Positions 1 through 7,624 of a stretch of 64,000 nucleotides of DNA are shown piece after piece. The notes under the pieces were generated by a model, which had not been told where the DNA came from, searched no databases, and worked only from the letters and a program-made list of their open reading frames with translations. The DNA comes from Pseudomonadales bacterium. Its GTDB lineage: Bacteria; Pseudomonadota; Gammaproteobacteria; Pseudomonadales; Azotimanducaceae. The stretch is taken from positions 1,659 to 65,658 of the forward strand of contig JAPYTQ010000029.1 in the NCBI GenBank assembly GCA_029941905.1, given 5' to 3'. How positions within the stretch are numbered: position 1 is the stretch's first letter; each line of letters starts with the position of its first letter. The translations under genes and the position numbers were made by a program.

Positions 1-420
1 AGCAAGGTTGAGGCACTGGCTAAATCGACCCGAAGCGACGGTGGGACACTTGCGGACGAAGCGGGTTATTGTCGCCAGCTTGTGCAATTGAAGATCGACG
101 CACTCGCGTTGGAGACCTCGGAACAACGGGTGCTCTCAAGCTTAAGTGCGGGTAAACGTCCCGGGTCCGTTTCTTCAGTACTTAATGTCCAGAGTGCAGA
201 GACGCTACAGCGAGCAGATATGCTGGCGGTGGAGGCTGCCGCATACTATGGATTGCCATACCAGCCTGAGGCACTCCGGGTCGGTGCTGAATCACCTGTG
301 GGTGATGAATCTGCAACAACCATAATGCCAACTTACCTCAGCAATCGCATGAGAACGATTGCAGGCGGATCGTCTGAAGTTCAAAGAAACATTATCGCCA
401 AGGCGATACTTCAGTTGTGA
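1..420 (+). CDS. acyl-CoA dehydrogenase, C-terminal fragment (5' end outside window)
   Basis: Frame 1 is open from base 1. The tail ...IAGGSSEVQRNIIAKAILQL is typical of acyl-CoA dehydrogenase C-termini. TGA stop at 418-420. Confidence 0.8.
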   Translation, partial: SKVEALAKSTRSDGGTLADEAGYCRQLVQLKIDALALETSEQRVLSSLSAGKRPGSVSSVLNVQSAETLQRADMLAVEAAAYYGLPYQPEALRVGAESPVGDESATTIMPTYLSNRMRTIAGGSSEVQRNIIAKAILQL

Positions 421-453
421 TCAGAATCCATCACCAATACTGGCGACTTCCAT

Positions 454-822
454 TTAGCCCATCTGGTAAAAGACAGCCTTGTTGCCATCCGGGTCCCGAA
501 AATAGGCACCATAGAAAGTAGGCATTCTTTCACCAGGTTCGCCCTCATCCGTCGCCCCCAGTTCAATTGCCTTGGCATACAATGCGTCGACATTTTCACG
601 AGAACCTGCTGGAAAAGCCAGCATGTTGCCGTTACCGGGTGCGGGATCACCTTCGTCATAGGGCACGCAGAGGGCCAGCATAGGCTGATCCATGCCGGAG
701 CCAACAAAGGCGATACGGCCCATGTCCATTAGAACCTTGGCGCCAAGTGGCTCAAGCAGTGCGGTGTAGAAACCTTTGGCTTTCTCCATATCGTTGGTGC
801 CAATTGTTACGTATCCGATCAT
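454..822 (-). CDS. VOC (glyoxalase/bleomycin-resistance/dioxygenase) family protein
   Basis: MIGYVTIGTNDMEKAKGFYTALLEPLG... is a typical VOC N-terminus. The internal ATG at 822 is preceded by AGGAGA, so the longer ORF to 888 is probably an extension. Confidence 0.75.
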   Translation of the reverse strand: MIGYVTIGTNDMEKAKGFYTALLEPLGAKVLMDMGRIAFVGSGMDQPMLALCVPYDEGDPAPGNGNMLAFPAGSRENVDALYAKAIELGATDEGEPGERMPTFYGAYFRDPDGNKAVFYQMG

Positions 823-1005
823 CGTGTTTCTCCTGTTTTTCCATTGTGGCTCAATTGTAGATTTATGGACCTCTGGCTCGTGATTCATCAGGCTTGTCGT
901 AAAGCCATATTTTTAAGCCCAGTTGTAGTGCCATGTTGTAAAGCACGAAAAACGCATCATACTGTGAATCGGTTCGATATTCTTTACACATGAGAGGTAA
1001 GTATT

Positions 1006-1428
1006 ATGTCCTTGGCGATGACTAAAACCGAGCGGGATGCTTTTCTGGCAGATTGTCATGTTGGTGTGGTGAGCATCAACAGGCAGAGCGAAGGACCCTT
1101 GTCGGCCCCAATCTGGTACATGTACGAAGATGGCCTGGTGTTGTTTTCAACCGGAGGCGATTCCCGCAAAGGTAAGTTGATGACTCTGGGAGAGAGGATA
1201 TCAATGGTTGTGCAGACCGAAACGGCACCATACCAATATGTGAGTATTGAAGGGCCAATTGTGGCGCGTCAACCGGCAGACGTGGATCGGGATGTCCTTC
1301 CCATGGCTATTCGTTATCTCGGCGATAAGATGGGCACTGCCTACGCGAAGGGCTCCTCCGGGGAAGGCTCAGTCCTGATCAAGATGAAGCCTGAAAAATG
1401 GCTTTCTGTAGATTACAACAAGGGTTGA
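1006..1428 (+). CDS. pyridoxamine 5'-phosphate oxidase (PPOX)-family FMN/F420-binding protein
   Basis: 140 aa. The N-terminus ERDAFLADCHVGVVSINRQSEGPLSAPIWY resembles the PPOX split-barrel family. Confidence 0.65.
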   Translation: MSLAMTKTERDAFLADCHVGVVSINRQSEGPLSAPIWYMYEDGLVLFSTGGDSRKGKLMTLGERISMVVQTETAPYQYVSIEGPIVARQPADVDRDVLPMAIRYLGDKMGTAYAKGSSGEGSVLIKMKPEKWLSVDYNKG

Positions 1429-1481
1429 TAGGTAGAATGGGAAGCATCTGTTAAACAGTAACTGGTAATAAGGAAGCGAAA

Positions 1482-2309
1482 ATGACTGATAAGGTAATTG
1501 ACACGGGAACAGACGATTTACTGGCTGAGGTAAAAAGCGGCGTTGCTATTCTGACGCTGAACAGACCGGAGGCGCGCAACGCCATGTCCGGCGCTATGAA
1601 TCAGGCTCTACAACAGACCCTGTCGAGCGTTGAAGTAGACCCGGATGTTAAGTGTGTCGTGCTAACTGGAGCTGGCAAGGGGTTTTGTGCAGGTGGTGAT
1701 GTCAAGGGGATGGCAGCCTCCGGTGATGGCACGGTGGGCCAACGAACCATTGATGGTGCGATTCACGAACAGCGAATCAATCAAAGAGCCACCGCCGGGA
1801 AACTCTTCAAGATGCCGAAGCCTACCATCGCATCGCTTCCCGGTGCTGCGGCTGGTGCCGGGTTATCCCTGGCTCTGGCCTGTGATCTCAGGATTATGGC
1901 CAACAATGCCATTATGACCACTGCCTTCGCACGGGTTGGGTTTTCCGGGGATTATGGTGGCACCTATTTCATGAGTCAGCTGATTGGTTCCGCCAAAGCC
2001 AGGGAATTGTATTTTCTGTCGGATCGAGTCAGTGCTGAAGAAGCGCTCCGTTTGGGTTTGACCAACTGGACCTGCGATGCTGGAGATCTTCAGGACAAAA
2101 CAATGGAGATTGCGCTGCGACTCGCCAATGGAGCGACAGTTGCCTACCGGTACATGAAGGAAAACCTGAACCGCGCGCTGACCGGTGATGTTGATGATTG
2201 TATGGATCTTGAAGCAACCCATCACGTCCATTGCGGGCAGACCCAGGACCATCGTGACGCCACCAAGGCGTTTGTTGAAAAACGTGAACCGGTTTTCCAC
2301 GGCAGGTAA
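1482..2309 (+). CDS. enoyl-CoA hydratase/isomerase (crotonase) family protein
   Basis: Crotonase motifs LNRPEARNAM, VVLTGAGKGFCAGGD and AAGAGLSLALACDLRI. Confidence 0.85.
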   Translation: MTDKVIDTGTDDLLAEVKSGVAILTLNRPEARNAMSGAMNQALQQTLSSVEVDPDVKCVVLTGAGKGFCAGGDVKGMAASGDGTVGQRTIDGAIHEQRINQRATAGKLFKMPKPTIASLPGAAAGAGLSLALACDLRIMANNAIMTTAFARVGFSGDYGGTYFMSQLIGSAKARELYFLSDRVSAEEALRLGLTNWTCDAGDLQDKTMEIALRLANGATVAYRYMKENLNRALTGDVDDCMDLEATHHVHCGQTQDHRDATKAFVEKREPVFHGR

Positions 2310-2372
2310 TACGAAAAAACTCGGATATCGAATCGCGGGCATGGAAAGGGCATCAGACCCTTGTGCGGTACT

Positions 2373-2404
2373 AGACCCGTTGATACGGTGTCTCGCTTTT
2401 TTTT
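2373..2404 (+). terminator. rho-independent terminator candidate
   Basis: AGACCCG / CGG(T)GTCT stem with a 6-nt loop, followed by CGC and T8. Confidence 0.5.
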
Positions 2405-2448
2405 AAAAGGGGGATATCAATGTTAGAATCAAAAACGCGCATGGGTGT

Positions 2449-5241
2449 GTGGTCTTGGCTGGTCTGGTGTTTTTGCCAGTTGCCAATGTCGCATCTGCTG
2501 CGGAGTCTCGACGTATTGAGGAAGTGACTGTAACCGCAGAGCGGCAAGAGTCTACTGTCCAGGATACTTCAATTTCAATTACTGCATTTACTGACCAGTT
2601 CCTTGATGATTTCGGCATTCGAAATCAGGAGGACCTGCAAAACTTCGTACCGGCGACGACTATCCAGCCCTACGATGCCACGATTCGAGGGGTTGGAAGA
2701 AATTTCCGGGCTCTCGGTGGCGACCCCGGGGTCGCAACCTATATGAACAACGTCTATTCCGAGGATCTGTTGACAGCCACGGCAGCGACGTTCTGGGATG
2801 TCCAGCGAATTGAGGTCCTGCGTGGCCCCCAGGGCACCCTGTATGGTCGTAACGCTGTCGGCGGCGCGATCAACATCCTCTACAAACAGCCGACCCATGG
2901 CACTGACTACGCTTTCAAGGTTATTGGCGGCAACTTCAACACCCAGGAATACTACGGCATGGTCAATGGCACCTTGATCGAAGATCAATTGTCTGCACGG
3001 GTAAATTTCAGTGTTCGTGACCGTGATGGTGTTATTGAAGAAATTGGCCCGGGCGATGACCTCGATGGTCTGGGCACCAAGAATGCGGCCATTCAGCTGA
3101 ACTGGACGCCGACCGATACCCTTGAGTTCAACATTCGCGCCAACAAGATGGAAATAGACCGGGACTTTGGTGGAGCCAATGGTGGTGGACTGGTTGTATT
3201 GAATGAGCAGGGTGGACCAACCAGAGAAACGAATTGGCTCGTTGGAGGCTATCGTGCAATCGATACAACAAATACAGCCATTGCGAACTACGACCAGAAC
3301 AACTGGTACGATAACAGTCAGCCAATTCTTAATTTCACTGATCCCGTCACTGGTGCAAATGTGCAGGCCCAGCACATTCGCGCAGGTGTCGATCCAGGTG
3401 CCTTTAACGGACGACAAAATGCCGCTGCGTCCCTGGACGGATTCAATACAACTGGTGCAGAAAGTGCTGCGGCATACAACGATTGCGTCTTCCCCAAGGA
3501 TATTCAGGGCGATGACATTTGTGGAGCAACCAATGGCTTGAACCGTGAGGAGTTTAATCAGCAGGGTGTGCAATTCAATGCATCGTGGGATTTGACCGAT
3601 ACCCTGCAGCTCAAGTACATCTATGGCTATAATAAATTGTCGTATGAACGAACCACTGATGATGACAATACCGCGAGCCAGTTTCACGATCGTCAGTTCT
3701 ATGTTAATCATGAAGCAGTTTACAGTTCTAATGAACTTCAGGCGTTCTACGAATTTGGTGACAATTTGTCGTTTACTTCTGGAATCTTCTTTTATGATGC
3801 CGTGATTGATCAACGCGGTGATTTCTATTCAACCCTCGGCGAAAGGCGGTTCATTGATCCGTATGTGGATAACACCGGTCTTGATGTCGCATTCTTTGGA
3901 ACGAGGCCTTTTGTGACGTTGCATACTGCGAAGGATAATTGTCTTGCGTCGGCTTCCTGCGAACGAAACAGTGCTTTTGGAGTGGCCACCTCTCGATGGT
4001 ACGGCGATGATGGGACACTCCCTGATCTGGATGTCCAGCATGGCATAAATAGCATTGGTAGTGATCTGCTTTACCACACTAAGACTGAAAGAGAGGCGTT
4101 TGCCGCCTATACCCAGGGTGTATGGGACATAAATGATAAATTTACACTGACTTTGGGTATCCGCTATGCCGAAGATGAGGTGACTGCTGAAGAGAATCTG
4201 TGGGCGTATCGTGAAACAGCGGCAGGCGCTATTGCGGGTACACCAGTAGGTAGTTTAGCAAATTACAATCGTCTAAACGGCGGACTTGTGCCTGATGCAA
4301 CCGGCTTGAATGGAGAGAACCCGACCCGGAAGGCAGTCAACGGTGGTATTCCTTTTGCATTCAGTCTCTATCGACCTTTCAAGCGAACGGATGAGAAAAC
4401 AACCGGTCGAATCAATCTGGATTGGAATGTCTCGGATAGCACCTTGATGTACCTCTCTGCGACTTCTGGTTATCGGTCGGGTGGTTACAACCTTATGTTC
4501 TTCAGCCAGACACCCACTTATGATCCAGAAGAGTTGCTTGCCTATGAATTGGGCTACAAAACACAGTTTTTTAACGACACAGTGCAACTGAATGGTTCTT
4601 TCTACTTATATGACTACGAGACTATTCATACCGTTGCAACGGAAGTGTCTGTCATAAGTGGTGCTCAGACAACATCTGTACTCGAAGCCCCTGGAGCAGA
4701 AATTTGGGGGATTGAGGCAGAGCTTCTGTGGCTGGCGACGGACAATTGGACTCTTGGCGGTAATTTTAGTTATACGCCAAGTGAATACACAGAAGATCTG
4801 TTTATCAAGGATACCTCGGACGTAAATACACCTGGGTCTTTGTTTCCCGGCTTTGAGGGGCAAACACAGAACATCAATGGCAACCAGATTTTGCAGGTGC
4901 CGGAGTTAAAATATACGGCCTGGGCCAGCTATGGTTATCCATTAAACAATGGTTCGCGTTTGGACTTCTTTGGTGTTTATACATGGATTGATGAAGTCTA
5001 CTACTCACCGTTCGAAAGTGAGACCGAAAAGGCAGACTCCTATGACCGAGCCGACCTGCGGGCCACATGGACATCACCCCAGGGTAACTGGATCGTATCC
5101 GGATTCGTTAACAATGTGTTTGACGATATCGGTGTGTTGCAGGTTTTGCGGGCTGGTGAGGCCGAGTTTTTCCGTCATACATCCGGAACCACTGTACCTC
5201 GCTTGTATGGTGTTGAACTGAGTTATACCCTGGGTAACTAA
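2449..5241 (+). CDS. TonB-dependent receptor
   Basis: Plug-domain motifs (EEVTVTA, RIEVLRGPQGTLYGRNAVGGAINI) and a C-terminal beta-barrel ending in an aromatic-rich tail. GTG start, with an uncertain short signal peptide. Confidence 0.9.
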   Translation: MVLAGLVFLPVANVASAAESRRIEEVTVTAERQESTVQDTSISITAFTDQFLDDFGIRNQEDLQNFVPATTIQPYDATIRGVGRNFRALGGDPGVATYMNNVYSEDLLTATAATFWDVQRIEVLRGPQGTLYGRNAVGGAINILYKQPTHGTDYAFKVIGGNFNTQEYYGMVNGTLIEDQLSARVNFSVRDRDGVIEEIGPGDDLDGLGTKNAAIQLNWTPTDTLEFNIRANKMEIDRDFGGANGGGLVVLNEQGGPTRETNWLVGGYRAIDTTNTAIANYDQNNWYDNSQPILNFTDPVTGANVQAQHIRAGVDPGAFNGRQNAAASLDGFNTTGAESAAAYNDCVFPKDIQGDDICGATNGLNREEFNQQGVQFNASWDLTDTLQLKYIYGYNKLSYERTTDDDNTASQFHDRQFYVNHEAVYSSNELQAFYEFGDNLSFTSGIFFYDAVIDQRGDFYSTLGERRFIDPYVDNTGLDVAFFGTRPFVTLHTAKDNCLASASCERNSAFGVATSRWYGDDGTLPDLDVQHGINSIGSDLLYHTKTEREAFAAYTQGVWDINDKFTLTLGIRYAEDEVTAEENLWAYRETAAGAIAGTPVGSLANYNRLNGGLVPDATGLNGENPTRKAVNGGIPFAFSLYRPFKRTDEKTTGRINLDWNVSDSTLMYLSATSGYRSGGYNLMFFSQTPTYDPEELLAYELGYKTQFFNDTVQLNGSFYLYDYETIHTVATEVSVISGAQTTSVLEAPGAEIWGIEAELLWLATDNWTLGGNFSYTPSEYTEDLFIKDTSDVNTPGSLFPGFEGQTQNINGNQILQVPELKYTAWASYGYPLNNGSRLDFFGVYTWIDEVYYSPFESETEKADSYDRADLRATWTSPQGNWIVSGFVNNVFDDIGVLQVLRAGEAEFFRHTSGTTVPRLYGVELSYTLGN

Positions 5242-5265
5242 GGACCAGTTGACCAGCAAGATAAG

Positions 5266-5291
5266 AAAGGGCACATCAGTGCCCTTTTTTT
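5266..5291. terminator. bidirectional rho-independent terminator
   Basis: GGGCAC-ATCA-GTGCCC hairpin flanked by AAA upstream and T7 downstream. It lies between convergent genes. Confidence 0.7.
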
Positions 5292-5292
5292 A

Positions 5293-5697
5293 TTATTCAA
5301 CCTCGGCGGTACCGCTTGGTGAAATCACAGCGGCCTGGATGTCCGCCAGTTTTGTCAAAATAGTTTCAGCCTGCTGTTGGGTCAGCCCATACTGAGCACT
5401 ATTTTTCAATTCCTCAAAATCTTCGAATAATTCCGCCTTGTACTCGCTGACACAGATTTCCCAACGCTTGAGTTTCCTCTCGTATCTGTCAAGTTTGTAA
5501 GAATCAACACCGGTTCGGTCGGTAACTCCGTCGCTATTCTCAATATCCGGTTGTGCGCCCGGCACCGGTTTTGGTTGCTTGCAAGTGTTTACCAGCAGTT
5601 GCCAGTCGAGGGCAGCCTGAACCTTTTCGTGAACTTCTGCTGCCATTGAGGTGGAGCAAAAAACGAGTAGTGCACCAGCGAGTTTAATGTTGGCCAT
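5293..5697 (-). CDS. hypothetical secreted protein
   Basis: ATG start and a signal-peptide-like N-terminus (MANIKLAGALLVFCSTSMAAE). No recognisable family. Confidence 0.5.
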   Translation of the reverse strand: MANIKLAGALLVFCSTSMAAEVHEKVQAALDWQLLVNTCKQPKPVPGAQPDIENSDGVTDRTGVDSYKLDRYERKLKRWEICVSEYKAELFEDFEELKNSAQYGLTQQQAETILTKLADIQAAVISPSGTAEVE

Positions 5698-5706
5698 GTA
5701 CCTTCC

Positions 5707-6717
5707 TTAAGTGATCTTGTAACGGTTGATTTGAATATCATCTTCACCAATATCGGAATAATTATCAGTGATCCGTGCCCGAATATAATCACGCCAGCTA
5801 AATGGTGTATACCTTGGCTTGCCAACCCGGGAGGCGTCCATGGGCTGTATCACCGCATCAAAACGAGGCTGGTAGAAAAATGGCGTGCTGTACCTGGCTT
5901 TGCGCGTCATCGGCACAACACGGTGAACGGCGGCGGTATATTGATCGTTCGTCTGAACCTGTAAAGCATCCCCAATGTTCACAACGAATGTTCCTTTGCT
6001 GGGCGGTACATCGATCCAACCGTGTTCCCTCGAGCGTGCTTGTAGTCCTCCAGTGTCATCTTGAATCAACAGTGTAATGGAACCTGGGTCGGTATGATGA
6101 TGTAGCGCCATTTTGCCCAGGGGCGTCACTTGTTTCTGCTCGGATTCCGACAAGGGATCTTCCATCGGATAATAATTCAGACGCATTGAACTCGTGTGGA
6201 TCTCGCCAAAGTCTTCCTGAACCTGCCGGGTGGGTAAATTCAGCGATGAATAGACCAGGCTGATGGCTTCCTCCGCTAGCAGGGTACAGGCGACAAAGTA
6301 GTCTGACATAGCTTGTTTGAATTGCGGCATTCCCGCTGGCCACTGGGATCGTATAGCCGAACGGGAAGATTTGTAACCACCCGCTTTAAAATCGAACACT
6401 TCTTTCAAGTCTCGTTTTTGTTTGGTGAGCTCCCGGTTATAGAATCCAAGCGGATTGGTTTCAGTTCGAACAACAGAATTTTTCAGTTCCCTCGATGAAG
6501 CGAAAAAAAGCTCCGTCTGGGCCCACATGGCGCTGATTAAATCCTCCAGCCCATGATCGGTCAGCAGGAAGAATCCGTGGTCCCGACAGGCGTTCTCGAG
6601 CTGTTGCAGTGAGTCCTTGCTGAGGGTCCCTTGTCTGAATTGTTCAATACTGATGGTAGGCACGAAATTCAAAATGCGATCCCCTGTTAAAAAGCGACTC
6701 GAATGAGTGGTAAACAT
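5707..6717 (-). CDS. 2-oxoglutarate/Fe(II)-dependent oxygenase (isopenicillin N synthase-like family)
   Basis: DIOX_N-like N-terminus, an HTDPGSITLL..D iron-binding HxD motif, a distal H in AAVHRV, and RYS. Confidence 0.8.
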   Translation of the reverse strand: MFTTHSSRFLTGDRILNFVPTISIEQFRQGTLSKDSLQQLENACRDHGFFLLTDHGLEDLISAMWAQTELFFASSRELKNSVVRTETNPLGFYNRELTKQKRDLKEVFDFKAGGYKSSRSAIRSQWPAGMPQFKQAMSDYFVACTLLAEEAISLVYSSLNLPTRQVQEDFGEIHTSSMRLNYYPMEDPLSESEQKQVTPLGKMALHHHTDPGSITLLIQDDTGGLQARSREHGWIDVPPSKGTFVVNIGDALQVQTNDQYTAAVHRVVPMTRKARYSTPFFYQPRFDAVIQPMDASRVGKPRYTPFSWRDYIRARITDNYSDIGEDDIQINRYKIT

Positions 6718-6856
6718 GTTGAGTAGATAGTTTACCCTATGAAGTTGATCTTAACATTGGTACCAAAGCGCCCCCTTGTCTTTTCAGGTGAGTCGTTTTG
6801 TTGGATAATCCATTAACGCGTACGGGACCCGATAAATAGCTCAAGGAAATCAAAAA

Positions 6857-7198
6857 ATGACCAAACAAGTTGATTGGTATTACTTCCGAAATGGATGAAC
6901 CACCTGCACTAAAGCATCCAAGTTCTTGGAAGCAGGCAAAGTGGAAATTAAAGAAAAAACTCCTGCCAGTAAGAAGCTGCAGGCCGCTGATGCGAAGCTG
7001 ATGCTGAAACAGGCTTCCCGGCTCATTGCCATGAAAGGCAAAAAGGTGGCTGAATTTCAGGGTGCAAAAGCGGTATCGAAAGAAGCGGTGGAAGCGACCC
7101 TGGGACCCACGGGCAACATGAGAGCGCCGACCATCAAGGTTGGCAAGACAGTGCTGGTTGGGTTCAATGAAGAAATATTTACCGACGTTTTCGGTTAG
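6857..7198 (+). CDS. ArsC/Spx-family thioredoxin-fold protein, candidate selenoprotein (TGA 6896-6898 read as Sec)
   Basis: ATG 6857 is preceded by AAGGAA with an 8-nt spacer. The product is MTKQVDWYYFRNG-U-TTCTKASKFLEAG..., 113 aa. The U aligns with the first Cys of the N-terminal CxxC of ArsC-family proteins. The ORF track shows only the TTG-started remnant 6926..7198. Confidence 0.7.
6914..6933 (+). other. candidate bacterial SECIS hairpin
   Basis: GC-A-UCCAA-GUUC-UUGGA-A-GC, folded by hand. It starts 15 nt after the UGA and has an apical GU-containing tetraloop. Confidence 0.4.
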
Positions 7199-7518
7199 AA
7201 CAGTGCGTCGTTAAGTGCAGCAAGCCAGGCCAGCAGCAGAATAAGGACTATCAACAGGTTTATTCTGACGATTAACCCGTAGCGTTTTTTTTTCTGTAGA
7301 TCCTGGGCGTCGGTTTGATAAACCTTACACACTAAGGCATCGAGCATAATGACGACGAATGTTATTGGCACCAGTGCCGGGATCACTGCGCCCAGAATGA
7401 TGTCCCATCCTCTCGGATTCCAGCTGGGTTCAGTGAAAGGCAGAATCAACAGGAACATAAAAGCCAGACCATGGAGCATGTTCCTGAGCAACCCCATTGA
7501 TTTCCATTTTTCTAACAA
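7195..7518 (-). CDS. small integral membrane protein, unknown function
   Basis: Three hydrophobic segments. The start is uncertain (TTG 7518 or ATG 7497). Contains an A9 run (7285-7293) encoding KKK. Confidence 0.45.
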   Translation of the reverse strand: MLEKWKSMGLLRNMLHGLAFMFLLILPFTEPSWNPRGWDIILGAVIPALVPITFVVIMLDALVCKVYQTDAQDLQKKKRYGLIVRINLLIVLILLLAWLAALNDALF

Positions 7519-7561
7519 ACGACACCCTCACAACTTCCAGTCTCACAGAAAGATCTAACAC

Positions 7562-7592
7562 TTTACCTTATAGTTGCTTTAGTCTCTAAGCT
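7562..7592 (+). promoter_or_regulatory. possible MerR/CueR-type promoter of copA
   Basis: TTTACC - 19 nt - TAAGCT. An imperfect dyad, CTTATAG (7567-7573) and CTCTAAG (7584-7590), lies inside the over-long spacer. Confidence 0.3.
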
Positions 7593-7624
7593 CTCGTTCC
7601 TTGCTTTATTTAACGGATTCATGA

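Noticed and set aside
2575-3813. A 412-aa ORF antisense to the first TonB-dependent receptor. Similar long antisense ORFs occur at 8524..9105 in copA, 32993..33697 across ybeY/corC, and 48032..48652 in oppA.
   Set aside because: They lie entirely inside well-supported genes on the other strand. Their compositions are low-complexity or Cys/Ile/Ser-rich, with no family resemblance and no RBS. They are typical shadow ORFs.
7622-7624. A TGA codon immediately in frame before the copA GTG start. In-frame TGAs also lie upstream of the small membrane gene (7528-7530, 7543-7545).
   Set aside because: The upstream frames hit further stops within a few codons, have no start codon and no homology. These are ordinary stops, not Sec codons.
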